From NCBI GenBank assembly GCA_964403835.1, contig CAYOHR010000005.1, positions 2,427 to 66,426 on the forward strand: a DNA stretch of 64,000 nucleotides. The letters are read 5' to 3'. Shown piece by piece: positions 49,543-58,156 of this stretch. Position 1 is the first letter of the stretch; the number at the start of each line of letters is the position of its first letter. Source of the DNA: an uncultured Flavobacteriales bacterium. GTDB lineage: Bacteria > Bacteroidota > Bacteroidia > Flavobacteriales_G > JALEGO01. The notes beneath the pieces were generated by a model, which worked only from the letters and a program-made list of their open reading frames with translations, was not told the origin of the DNA and did no database searches. Position numbers and translations under genes: made by a program.

Positions 49543-50331
49543 ATGGAGCTTTTAAAATCTCTTATTCTTGGTGTTTTACAAGGGCTTACCGAATTTTTAC
49601 CTGTCAGTAGTAGTGGTCATTTAGAATTAGCCAAAGCCATCATGGGGACCACCCCGGATGAGGGTAGTTTATTGTTCACAATTATTGTTCATGTTGGGAC
49701 TTCTTTAAGTACGGTGGTTGTTTTTCGAAAAGAAATTGGCGAAATTATAAGAGGCATATTACAAAATGAATGGAATGAGGAAAAGAAATTTTCTGTAAAA
49801 ATTGTTATTTCTATGATTCCGGCAGCTATTGTAGGGGTATTGTGGGAAGATGCCATTGATAATCTGTTTAATGCTAATATAGTGTTGGTAGGTATTTGCC
49901 TTATTATTACAGGAATTGTTTTGTATGCATCCGAAAAAATAAATCGAGGGAAAGCTGAATTAACCAACAAAAGCGCTTTTATTATTGGGGTTGCGCAGGC
50001 TATTGCTATCTTACCGGGTATTTCAAGATCAGGAGCTACTATAGCATCAGCACTTATGTTGGGAATTGATAAAGAAAAGGCAGCTCGGTTTTCTTTTTTG
50101 ATGGTGGTACCTCTTATTTTAGGTAAAATAGCAAAAGATTTACTTACAGGAGATATCTCTGCGTATGTTGAATCTTCATGGAGTCTGTTAATTGGCTTCA
50201 TCTCCGCTTTTATTGTAGGTATAATCGCATGCAAATGGATGATAACTTTAGTAAAACACAGTAAACTATTATATTTTGCAATTTATTGTGCAATAGTGGG
50301 TGTTATAGCGCTAATTATTCATGTACTTTAA
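49543..50331 (+). CDS. uppP: undecaprenyl-diphosphate phosphatase
   Basis: EFLPVSSSGH and PGISRSGATI motifs; 262 aa. Confidence 0.95.
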   Translation: MELLKSLILGVLQGLTEFLPVSSSGHLELAKAIMGTTPDEGSLLFTIIVHVGTSLSTVVVFRKEIGEIIRGILQNEWNEEKKFSVKIVISMIPAAIVGVLWEDAIDNLFNANIVLVGICLIITGIVLYASEKINRGKAELTNKSAFIIGVAQAIAILPGISRSGATIASALMLGIDKEKAARFSFLMVVPLILGKIAKDLLTGDISAYVESSWSLLIGFISAFIVGIIACKWMITLVKHSKLLYFAIYCAIVGVIALIIHVL

Positions 50332-51040
50332 AAAAACAGATTCTTTAACAAAGGAAATGCTCCGCGAAGGAGTTGTTTTTTTGGTCGATAAACCTACGTC
50401 ATGGACTTCCTTTGATGTGGTAAATAAAATCCGCTTTAATTGTAAAAAAGTATTGGCTCAAAAAAATTTTAAAGTGGGCCATGCAGGCACTTTAGATCCT
50501 TTAGCCACGGGCTTACTCATTATTTGTGTGGGGAAATTTACCAAGCGCATAGAAGAGTTTATGAATTTAGAGAAAGTGTACACAGGCACCTTTCATGTGG
50601 GTGCAACTACTCCTTCTTTCGATTCCGAATTGCCGGAGGATAAGCAATTTCCCACAGATCATATTCGAACGGAAGACATAAAAAACGCGTGCAAACAACT
50701 CACGGGCGAAATCATGCAAATTCCGCCCCTTTTTTCAGCAAAACGGGTTGATGGAGAGAAAGCCTATGAAATTGCCCGCAGAGGAGAGGAAATGGAGCTA
50801 AAAGCGAGCAAAGTATGCGTGCATGAATTTGTGATCACCAAAGAATACTTGCCCGATGTTGATTTTAAAATACGATGTAGCAAAGGCACTTATATTCGTT
50901 CGTTAGCCAGAGATTTTGGCACTCTTTTAGGCTCGGGAGCCTATTTAACATTGTTGAGAAGAGAAAAAATAGGTGTGTATGATGTGCAAGAGGCTTTTGA
51001 AGTAAAAGAACTATGTAATATTATTAATTCAATAACATAA
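50321..51040 (+). CDS. truB: tRNA pseudouridine(55) synthase
   Basis: GHAGTLDPLATGLL catalytic motif; 239 aa. Confidence 0.95.
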   Translation: MYFKKTDSLTKEMLREGVVFLVDKPTSWTSFDVVNKIRFNCKKVLAQKNFKVGHAGTLDPLATGLLIICVGKFTKRIEEFMNLEKVYTGTFHVGATTPSFDSELPEDKQFPTDHIRTEDIKNACKQLTGEIMQIPPLFSAKRVDGEKAYEIARRGEEMELKASKVCVHEFVITKEYLPDVDFKIRCSKGTYIRSLARDFGTLLGSGAYLTLLRREKIGVYDVQEAFEVKELCNIINSIT

Positions 51041-51765
51041 TGATTATTTATAACATCCCCACTACGGAAGAATATTTTAATCAAACCAAGCAAATAAAAC
51101 TTGGAAAGGAGCGTATAAATCCAATATTTGAATCCTTTGCTCAATGGATGAGTGCATCATTTAATATTTCCGTTATTAATATTCAGGTTTTTCCTGACAG
51201 AAATAATAGGCAAATTGTTTCTGTATTTGTTGATTCCTTTAATGATATAGGGCTTTTATCGCCCTGGAATTATATTTTAGACGAAATTGCCTATGTAGAA
51301 GAAGAAAAGGCACGGGTTTTATATTTAAAATTAACTGAAATATTGACCCAGACAAATCCAGATTTATTGGAGCAATTAAACAAATCCGAAGTTCAATTTT
51401 GCTTGTATAATTTTGAATTATATGCCAAATACGAAATCCTGGATAATGCCAATAAAAATGGCGTCTTTACACATATTAGAAAAAGTTTTTCGGATGCTAA
51501 AGTAGCAAAAATCTATTTTAAAGAAAAAAACATGATGAATATTTATTTTAATACTCCACGTCAGTTAGAAAGGGTCAGTCAATTGCAATTACTCGAAAAG
51601 ATAGCGGATGAATTTTTTCTTTTAATTAAACCCTTCGATTCTTTTTCATATTTCGAAAAAAAATTATGGGAAATTACTTTTATTTCGGAGGAAGATTCAA
51701 TCTTACGGGATCCTCGGGGCGATGAGGTGTTAGGTTATTTTGGGATAGAAAAAACTCAAAATTAA
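51040..51765 (+). CDS. hypothetical protein (orphan), start overlaps the truB stop
   Basis: 241-aa ORF whose ATG overlaps the truB stop (TAATG); no motif recognised. Confidence 0.55.
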   Translation: MIIYNIPTTEEYFNQTKQIKLGKERINPIFESFAQWMSASFNISVINIQVFPDRNNRQIVSVFVDSFNDIGLLSPWNYILDEIAYVEEEKARVLYLKLTEILTQTNPDLLEQLNKSEVQFCLYNFELYAKYEILDNANKNGVFTHIRKSFSDAKVAKIYFKEKNMMNIYFNTPRQLERVSQLQLLEKIADEFFLLIKPFDSFSYFEKKLWEITFISEEDSILRDPRGDEVLGYFGIEKTQN

Positions 51766-51771
51766 TTTTTT

Positions 51772-51798
51772 GGAGGGGTATAATAGACCTCCTTTTTT
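51772..51798 (+). terminator. weak terminator-like hairpin after the orphan gene
   Basis: ggagg-(11 nt)-cctcc followed by tttttt. Confidence 0.35.
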
Positions 51799-51834
51799 CT
51801 TCCAAAGGAAAAAGAGAAACAACATGCCAGAATA
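51799..51834 (+). repeat. short module of the mosaic intergenic repeat family
   Basis: cttccaaaggaaaaagagaaacaacatgccagaata; related to 8242-8277 (minus strand) and to the 5' parts of copies A and B. Confidence 0.7.
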
Positions 51835-51979
51835 AGCTTACCTCGTTTCATCGCCCACCTAAGGTTTGTCAATGAGGATGCGCTCTGAATTTGTTTCGGG
51901 GACGGAATTGCTTTTAAAGCCCCCAAGGAACCATGTTTGAGTAAGAAGGTTAATTCATCTCATTTCTGATGAAAATATT

Positions 51980-52009
51980 TTTGATCTTCTGAAAAAATAA
52001 TTACATTTG
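51980..52009 (+). promoter_or_regulatory. candidate tRNA-Glu promoter: TTTG-N18-TAcaTTTG
   Basis: TTTG at 51980-51983 and tacatttg at 52002-52009; the tRNA 5' end is at 52027. Confidence 0.5.
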
Positions 52010-52026
52010 CAAACCATTAAGGAAAT

Positions 52027-52098
52027 GGCCCGTTCGTCTAGGGGTTAGGACACCAGATTTTCATTCTGGTAACACGGGTTCGATTCCCGTACGGGCTA
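52027..52098 (+). tRNA. tRNA-Glu (anticodon UUC)
   Basis: Hand-folded cloverleaf. Acceptor GGCCCGT pairs with ACGGGCT (G1-U72 wobble). D-loop TCTAGGGGTTAGGA. Anticodon stem CCAGA/TCTGG with loop TTTTCAT. T-arm ACGGG-TTCGATT-CCCGT. Discriminator A. CCA not encoded. Confidence 0.9.
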
Positions 52099-53620
52099 CT
52101 CTAAGGGAAGAATTTGAATTTTCAAATTTCTTCCCTTTTTTGTTTCCTTCAAAATCCTTGTCCAAAGCGAGAATTAAATTAAAAACATCATTCGTTTTGG
52201 TGGTTCGATATTGATTATTTTGAAATATCAATTTTTCAGGAAAAACCGAACCAATGATCTTTTGTTTCACCATTGTATCCTTTAAAACGTAGTATTTATC
52301 GATATTTAAGAACAACTCGAGGCAATCGTCAATTTTTGAATCGTAGTTTTGAATTCCCTGAAGAAATTGCATTTTTTCTCTATTCAATTTATCCAGGTCA
52401 TTTTCAATTTCGGTTCTCATCTCTTTGTATTCGCTTGCCGAAAATTCTCCATCGAGCATCAATTCTCTTGCGTTTTTTAATCGTTGATTTAACTTGTCGA
52501 TCGATTTTTCAATTGTTTCAAGCTCCTTTCTGCCAGATGTATTGTTTACTTTAAATTGTTGTTTCAACATACTCGCAAATAGATTGATTACTTTATGATT
52601 AACTTTATTTTGCGCTAAGAATGAAATAATTTTATCATTAACTACACTTGCTTTTTGCCTTTCTTTACACCCACTAGAGCAATGATAATAAAAAAAGCGC
52701 CCGCCTGCCCTGCCTCTGGATGCTGAACCGGTAAGCATTTTGTCACATAGTGGACAAATCAAATATCCTCGCAAAGGAAATTCATCGCGAATAGTCTTAC
52801 GTTTATTAGGAAGTTTCTTTTTTCGGCCATCTAAAATGTCTTGCACGGTATAGAAGGTATCTTCGTCAATTATTGCTTTATGAATCCCATCAACCCAATA
52901 AGCTGGTTCATCTTTATGAGCTGGTACAAATACCTTGCCTATATATCCTTTGTTTCTTAAAAGTAGCCAAAATGCATTTCGGCTACTCTTTAATCCTTCT
53001 TTATTTAACTTACGTCTTAGCTCTTCAATATTATACATACCTGTTGCATACTCACTAAAAGCACGTTTAATCAGTTGCTCTTTTGTACCTCCTTCTGGTG
53101 CAATAGTGGGTCTGTTGTTTTCATCGCGAATATTAATATATCCCTTTAAACAAGTACCTAACCAACGCCCTTCCTTTTTCCCTCTTCGCATACCATGAAA
53201 AATATTTAAAGATCTGCGATCGTTATCTACTTCTGGAGCGGCTAAATATATAGCCAACATAATCTTGCTTTCAGGAATTTCAAAATCTAAAGGTTGCTCT
53301 ATGGATTGAGGTTCTACCCCCATTTTCTTCAAATCTCGAATGGTAATATATGCTTCTGCAACATTTCGAGAGAATCTATCCCATTTTAAGAATAAGATAT
53401 TATCAACATATCCCTTATTCTTTTTAATGAATTGCATTATTTTAATCCATTCGGGACGATTGAATGATTTACCGCTTTCATCATCGTGAAAAAAACCAAC
53501 TGCTTCAATGTTATGGTGTTCGCAATACTTATAGAGCTTATCTTTTTGGTCTGAAGGACTGTATCCGTTGTTTTGTTCGTCGGTTGATACACGGGTATAA
53601 ATAATGGCTCTTCTTTTCAT
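52061..53620 (-). CDS. large serine recombinase (resolvase/invertase N-domain plus recombinase and zinc-ribbon domains)
   Basis: AIIYTRVSTDEQ catalytic-serine motif; central recombinase domain; CPLC...YYHCSSGC zinc ribbon; coiled-coil C-terminus. The last 38 nt of the ORF are the reverse complement of the tRNA-Glu 3' half. Confidence 0.9.
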   Translation of the reverse strand: MKRRAIIYTRVSTDEQNNGYSPSDQKDKLYKYCEHHNIEAVGFFHDDESGKSFNRPEWIKIMQFIKKNKGYVDNILFLKWDRFSRNVAEAYITIRDLKKMGVEPQSIEQPLDFEIPESKIMLAIYLAAPEVDNDRRSLNIFHGMRRGKKEGRWLGTCLKGYINIRDENNRPTIAPEGGTKEQLIKRAFSEYATGMYNIEELRRKLNKEGLKSSRNAFWLLLRNKGYIGKVFVPAHKDEPAYWVDGIHKAIIDEDTFYTVQDILDGRKKKLPNKRKTIRDEFPLRGYLICPLCDKMLTGSASRGRAGGRFFYYHCSSGCKERQKASVVNDKIISFLAQNKVNHKVINLFASMLKQQFKVNNTSGRKELETIEKSIDKLNQRLKNARELMLDGEFSASEYKEMRTEIENDLDKLNREKMQFLQGIQNYDSKIDDCLELFLNIDKYYVLKDTMVKQKIIGSVFPEKLIFQNNQYRTTKTNDVFNLILALDKDFEGNKKGKKFENSNSSLRVARTGIEPVLPE

Positions 53621-53629
53621 AAGTATTTT

Positions 53630-53845
53630 TTAAGGTATTCCTTTGTTTTTAATTTCTGTTGAGTCTATAAATTCTATAGGTGTATTCGCGTTTTTATCGA
53701 TCGCATCAATAGCAATATCCATCATATGATATAACCAATCCCTTATTTTCAATACTTCCTCATCAGTATAATTTAAACTATCTGAGTTGAGTATTTTTTT
53801 ACATTCAACCAATGAGAGTTTTCTATTTTCAGTATCGAATCTCAT
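53630..53845 (-). CDS. small hypothetical protein upstream of the recombinase
   Basis: 71-aa ORF ending 10 nt before the recombinase ATG, so probably co-transcribed; no motif recognised. A role as a directionality factor is speculation. Confidence 0.45.
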   Translation of the reverse strand: MRFDTENRKLSLVECKKILNSDSLNYTDEEVLKIRDWLYHMMDIAIDAIDKNANTPIEFIDSTEIKNKGIP

Positions 53846-53884
53846 CGGGTACCAAGAATATTATTTACTGAAAAAAAGAACGAA

Positions 53885-53910
53885 TTTCGAGGTTTATTTA
53901 AACCTCGAAA
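53885..53910. promoter_or_regulatory. 11-bp perfect palindrome tttcgaggttt-attt-aaacctcgaaa in the divergent region of the island
   Basis: Read directly; lies between the recombinase operon (minus) and the metal cluster (plus). Confidence 0.35.
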
Positions 53911-54134
53911 ATAAAATACAATTATAATGATAATCAACCAGTTATGAAAAAATAAAGCAAAAATATTATCAATTTTTAGCTGATGGGGAATCAGAATTTG
54001 TATTGATTTTTTGAGATAATATTTTAGCTTTTTGCTCATGGAAGAGCAAATATGAGGTAGGTTAAAAAATTTCTTTTCAGAAGGATGGAAATAGCAATAT
54101 ATATCCCAATAAATCATGAAAATTATTGAAAAGA

Positions 54135-54554
54135 ATGAATTATAATATTTTCGTATATTTGCATTTAGTGAAAAAGATTTCTGCCATATTATTATTAGTA
54201 TTTTATTTACTCACAAGCTGTGGTGTTCTCATATCTCAGCATTTTTGTGGTGGTAAATTGAAGGAGATTTCTTTTCTATCAAAACCAGATAGTGATGGAT
54301 GTTGTGGTGATGCTAAAAAAAGCAAAGGTTGTTGCGATGACCAATCTGTCATTGTAAAAATTAAAGACACCCATGTTCAGCAAGGAAAGATAAAAGCACC
54401 CATAGATAGCTTTGTTTTTTTAGATATGCAGCATGCTGTTTCTGAGGGACTTCAAAAATTCAATGTTTTTGCTACTGTTTTTTATAAAAGCCATGCACCC
54501 CCGGATGCGCTATCAATACCTATCTATCTTTTCATAAGCACTTTTCGTATTTAG
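54135..54554 (+). CDS. HYC_CC_PP-like small membrane protein (Cys-rich, metal-cluster associated)
   Basis: N-terminal TM helix, then SQHFCGG, DGCCGD...KGCCDD and SHAPPD motifs in the order H-[YF]-C / CC / PP. Start uncertain (TTG 54126, ATG 54135 or GTG 54168). Confidence 0.65.
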   Translation: MNYNIFVYLHLVKKISAILLLVFYLLTSCGVLISQHFCGGKLKEISFLSKPDSDGCCGDAKKSKGCCDDQSVIVKIKDTHVQQGKIKAPIDSFVFLDMQHAVSEGLQKFNVFATVFYKSHAPPDALSIPIYLFISTFRI

Positions 54555-54660
54555 AATCTCCTTATATGTTAGTTTTCTACTAACGTAACATTCACATACT
54601 TTATGTGGATGCATTTTCATTTTATCTCATTAATTAATCATTTATTTAATTCAAAAAACT

Positions 54661-54996
54661 ATGCAAAAGCTATATTTAGCTATTGCGATATTCATAATAT
54701 CGGCAATAGCATGTAATAACACAAACAAGAATACTACAAGTTCCACCTTTAAAGTTTGGGGTAATTGTGGAATGTGTAAAGAAACCATTGAAGGCTCTCT
54801 TAAAGTAGATGGTATCTCTTATGCCGATTGGAATACTGAAACTAAAATGATGGAAGTTTCATACGATTCTACTAAAATCTCCCTCGACCAAATTCAGAAA
54901 AACATTGCCGCGGTAGGTTATGATAATGAAAAATATAAAGGAGACGACCAGGCCTATGGTAAACGTCCCGAATGCTGCCAATATGAAAGGAAATAA
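54661..54996 (+). CDS. heavy-metal-associated (HMA) domain lipoprotein
   Basis: Lipobox SAIAC; metal-binding loop GNCGMCKETIE in a ferredoxin-like HMA fold; C-terminal ECCQYE. Confidence 0.8.
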   Translation: MQKLYLAIAIFIISAIACNNTNKNTTSSTFKVWGNCGMCKETIEGSLKVDGISYADWNTETKMMEVSYDSTKISLDQIQKNIAAVGYDNEKYKGDDQAYGKRPECCQYERK

Positions 54997-55540
54997 GAAA
55001 ACCAAGCTCATTTATTTATTAATCCTGAGTCTTTTCTTTTGTAAAAATTTTCAAAGTCAAAATGTAATTGAAAAAAATATGCTCGAACATGTAACGAAAG
55101 TACTTATTGAAGGAAAAGACAAGGAAAAAATCCTTCAATTCTTATTAGGTTTAGATGTTAATCAATATAAACAATGGCATCCGGAGCATAAAGACTACAA
55201 AATAATTAAAGCTACAAACGATACTATTGGTTCTGTCTTTTATTACAAAGAAATTATTGATGGATTTAAATTGAACTATCGATGGACTTTAACGGAGTTA
55301 GAACATTTAGAAAATAAAGAACGAATAGTAATGAAAGCCAAAATTCCTATTTCATTGTACTTAATATTAACGCTAGAAAGGGTAGATAATGGAACTCTAA
55401 TTACGCATCATATTAAGGCCGGAGGTAAAATATCTTTCATAAACAAATTGATTGGAAAATTCATTTTTACTCCAAAATTGATCAAATCGATTGAGAGGCA
55501 TGCAAACGAAGAATTTAAAAATCTTGAAAAAATACTCTAA
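54983..55540 (+). CDS. hypothetical secreted protein (possibly SRPBCC-like)
   Basis: Started at ATG 54983 (MKGNKKTKLIYLLILSLFF...), which gives a signal peptide and a 14-nt overlap with the HMA gene; the fold assignment is a guess. Confidence 0.5.
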   Translation: MKGNKKTKLIYLLILSLFFCKNFQSQNVIEKNMLEHVTKVLIEGKDKEKILQFLLGLDVNQYKQWHPEHKDYKIIKATNDTIGSVFYYKEIIDGFKLNYRWTLTELEHLENKERIVMKAKIPISLYLILTLERVDNGTLITHHIKAGGKISFINKLIGKFIFTPKLIKSIERHANEEFKNLEKIL

Positions 55541-55599
55541 ACTATGTTAAAAGTAATACAGGCTTTTCTAAAATTTCTATTTATAAAAAATTGTTGCAA

Positions 55600-56265
55600 A
55601 TGAAATCGACAGGTTATATTCCTCCGTTAAAATATCATTGGCTTACAAAGTTGTATGATCCTTTAATACAATCAACCATGCCTGAGAAGCAATTTAAAGG
55701 CGATTTAATAAAACAAGCTAATATCCAACCAAATTATGATGTGCTAGATTTTGGCTGTGGCTCTTTAACCTTATCATTAATGATTCGGATGAGTGAAAAT
55801 CGAGCAAATGTTACCGCTATTGATGTAGATGAAAAAATCATTGAAATTGCTAAACAAAAAAAACAAGAGTTTGGCACAGACATTAAAATTGATCATTACC
55901 ATGGTAAAATACTTCCTTATGAAGATGATAGTTTTGATCGCGTATTGACTAGCCTGGTATTTCATCATTTAAACAAAAAACAGAAAGAAAATTCGCTAAA
56001 AGAAATCTATCGGGTATTGAAACCAGGTGGCGAGCTACATATTGCCGATTGGGGTAAACCCAATAATATTATCATGCGTTTGGCATTTTATGGGGTTCAG
56101 TTTTTAGATGGCTTTAAAACTACTAGAGATAATGTAAAAGGATTATTGCCCGAATATATTCGAAATGCAAACTTTATTAATGTAGAAACTCGTAAGTCAT
56201 TCAATACTATTTTCGGCACACTTTCTTTATATAAAGGACTAAAATCAAATCATAAAAAAATATAA
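55600..56265 (+). CDS. class I SAM-dependent methyltransferase
   Basis: Motif I VLDFGCGSLTLS, acidic loop AIDVDE and motif post-II LKPGGELHIADW; ATG at 55600. Confidence 0.8.
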   Translation: MKSTGYIPPLKYHWLTKLYDPLIQSTMPEKQFKGDLIKQANIQPNYDVLDFGCGSLTLSLMIRMSENRANVTAIDVDEKIIEIAKQKKQEFGTDIKIDHYHGKILPYEDDSFDRVLTSLVFHHLNKKQKENSLKEIYRVLKPGGELHIADWGKPNNIIMRLAFYGVQFLDGFKTTRDNVKGLLPEYIRNANFINVETRKSFNTIFGTLSLYKGLKSNHKKI

Positions 56266-56292
56266 ATGTTTTATTAATTAATTATTCTACTT

Positions 56293-56604
56293 ATGAAAAC
56301 CAAATCTTTTTTAGCTCTTACTTTAGGAGCTACTTTGTTCATGGCAAGCTGCCAAAAACAACCTATGGCCTGTTTTGAGCCAAGTAAATCAACATCTACC
56401 GTAAACGAAACCATTACTTTTACAGCCAATTGTTCTATGGATGCACATCATTACGAATGGGATTTTGGCGATGGATCTATGAGTACAGATATGAATCCAA
56501 CCCATGCCTATGCCAATAAAGGTAGTTATACCGTAAAACTAATGACCATGAGTATGAACAGTAAAAAATCAGACGAAACAACAAAAACTGTTACAGTACA
56601 ATAA
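56293..56604 (+). CDS. PKD-domain lipoprotein
   Basis: Lipobox FMASC; PKD signature YEWDFGDGS...NPTHAYANKGSYTVKL. Confidence 0.8.
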   Translation: MKTKSFLALTLGATLFMASCQKQPMACFEPSKSTSTVNETITFTANCSMDAHHYEWDFGDGSMSTDMNPTHAYANKGSYTVKLMTMSMNSKKSDETTKTVTVQ

Positions 56605-56612
56605 CTAAATAT

Positions 56613-56641
56613 AAGGAGGGGGGAGTTTAAATCTCCTCCTT
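56613..56641 (+). terminator. hairpin between the PKD lipoprotein gene and the multicopper oxidase gene
   Basis: aaggagg...cctcctt (7-bp outer stem) followed by attaaa; 16 nt upstream of the oxidase ATG. Confidence 0.45.
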
Positions 56642-56656
56642 TATTAAACTGATACG

Positions 56657-58153
56657 ATGCAAAGAAGAAATTTTATAAAAAACATAAGTGCTCTAGGTAC
56701 ATTTATTTCTATTGGAGGTATTTCTTACCTATTGAAATCGTGCAAAAAGGATATGATGAATACTGGTTCTGCAACTAATGTTATTGAGGGAGGTTTCACC
56801 ACTAACCTGGCAATACCTAGTCCTCGTTTCCCAAAGGAAGCATTACTTGCAAAATCGAATTCATTTAATATTGTACCCACTAAAAAAAGTACTGTTTGGG
56901 GATATGGCGATGGTATTTTAGGTCCTGTATACAAAATAAACAAAGGAGAAATGGCCAATATTTCTTTTCAAAATCAGTTATCCGAAGAAACCAATATTCA
57001 TTGGCATGGATTATTAGTGAATCAAAACATGGATGGACATCCCAAAAACATAATTGCAGCTGGTGGTTCATTTAATTATCAGTTTACTATTAATCAAAGG
57101 GCAGGTACTTACTGGTTTCATCCACATCCTCATGGTAAAACAGCTCATCAAGTATATATGGGTTTAGCCGGTCTGTTTATTGTGAACGATGCCGAAGAAC
57201 AAGCCTTAAATTTACCTTCTGGAGCTTACGAAATTTCTTTAGTTATTCAAGATAAACGTATTTATACCGATGGCAGTCTTAATTATTCACCCACCTCGAA
57301 TGATATTATGACAGGATATTTTGGTTCTTACATAACCGTTAATGGAGTTCATTCACCAGTAATAGAAGTAGCCAAAACCTGGTATCGCGTTAGAGTAGTG
57401 AATGGATCTACAGCTAGGGTATATAATTTGGCATTAAGCAATAGTAAAAGCTTTGTTGTTATTGGCTCAGATGGAGGTTTATTAACTTCACCAGAAAATA
57501 CATCGTCTTTGTTATTGGCTCCAGGCGAACGAGCCGATTTACTCATCGATTTTAGTGGAGAAACCTTAGGCGAAGAAGTGTTTTTAATCAATCAGATATT
57601 TGCAGGAGATCCTGATCAGGGAAGCGAATCATTCAAGATTTTAAAATTTAAAGTAAATAAAGAGGCAAGCAATTCATTCGCCTTACCTTCACTCCTTTCG
57701 GTTATTGGAGTTATTCCAGAATCTCAATCAACCTACAACCGAAATTTCAGTTTAAAACAAGCTGGGCACTCCATGTATGGTGGTGGACATGGAATGGCTG
57801 GCATGGGAAGTATGATGACACATACGATTAACGGAAAATCATTTGATATGAATACCATAGATTTTTCAGTGAAAGCTGGAACTACAGAAATTTGGACATT
57901 TGATAACAGTGAAAGTGAAGAAATGCACCCTATTCATGTCCATGGTATACATTTCCAAATACTAGGTAGAACCGGTGGACGCAATCAATTAATTGCTACA
58001 GAAAGGGGCTGGAAAGATACTGTATTGGTTATGGGAAAAGAAAAAGTGCAGGTTATTATGACTTTTCCCGAAAATAAAGGCTTATTTGTACTTCATTGCC
58101 ATAACCTAGAACATGAAGACAGCGGAATGATGTTAAACTTTGAAATTATATAA
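56657..58153 (+). CDS. multicopper oxidase (CueO/CopA-like) with Tat signal
   Basis: Twin-arginine N-terminus MQRRNFIKN; copper ligand motifs HWHG, HPHPHG, HPIHVHG and HCHNLEHEDSGMM. Confidence 0.9.
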   Translation: MQRRNFIKNISALGTFISIGGISYLLKSCKKDMMNTGSATNVIEGGFTTNLAIPSPRFPKEALLAKSNSFNIVPTKKSTVWGYGDGILGPVYKINKGEMANISFQNQLSEETNIHWHGLLVNQNMDGHPKNIIAAGGSFNYQFTINQRAGTYWFHPHPHGKTAHQVYMGLAGLFIVNDAEEQALNLPSGAYEISLVIQDKRIYTDGSLNYSPTSNDIMTGYFGSYITVNGVHSPVIEVAKTWYRVRVVNGSTARVYNLALSNSKSFVVIGSDGGLLTSPENTSSLLLAPGERADLLIDFSGETLGEEVFLINQIFAGDPDQGSESFKILKFKVNKEASNSFALPSLLSVIGVIPESQSTYNRNFSLKQAGHSMYGGGHGMAGMGSMMTHTINGKSFDMNTIDFSVKAGTTEIWTFDNSESEEMHPIHVHGIHFQILGRTGGRNQLIATERGWKDTVLVMGKEKVQVIMTFPENKGLFVLHCHNLEHEDSGMMLNFEII

Positions 58154-58156
58154 ACG

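Noticed and set aside
49689-50234. 181-aa ORF antisense to uppP
   Set aside because: It lies fully inside the strongly supported uppP gene on the opposite strand. Long antisense frames are expected in hydrophobic-protein genes.
53842-54117. 91-aa ORF in the divergent region of the island
   Set aside because: Isoleucine/phenylalanine-rich low-complexity translation of AT-rich promoter DNA. It covers the palindrome at 53885-53910.
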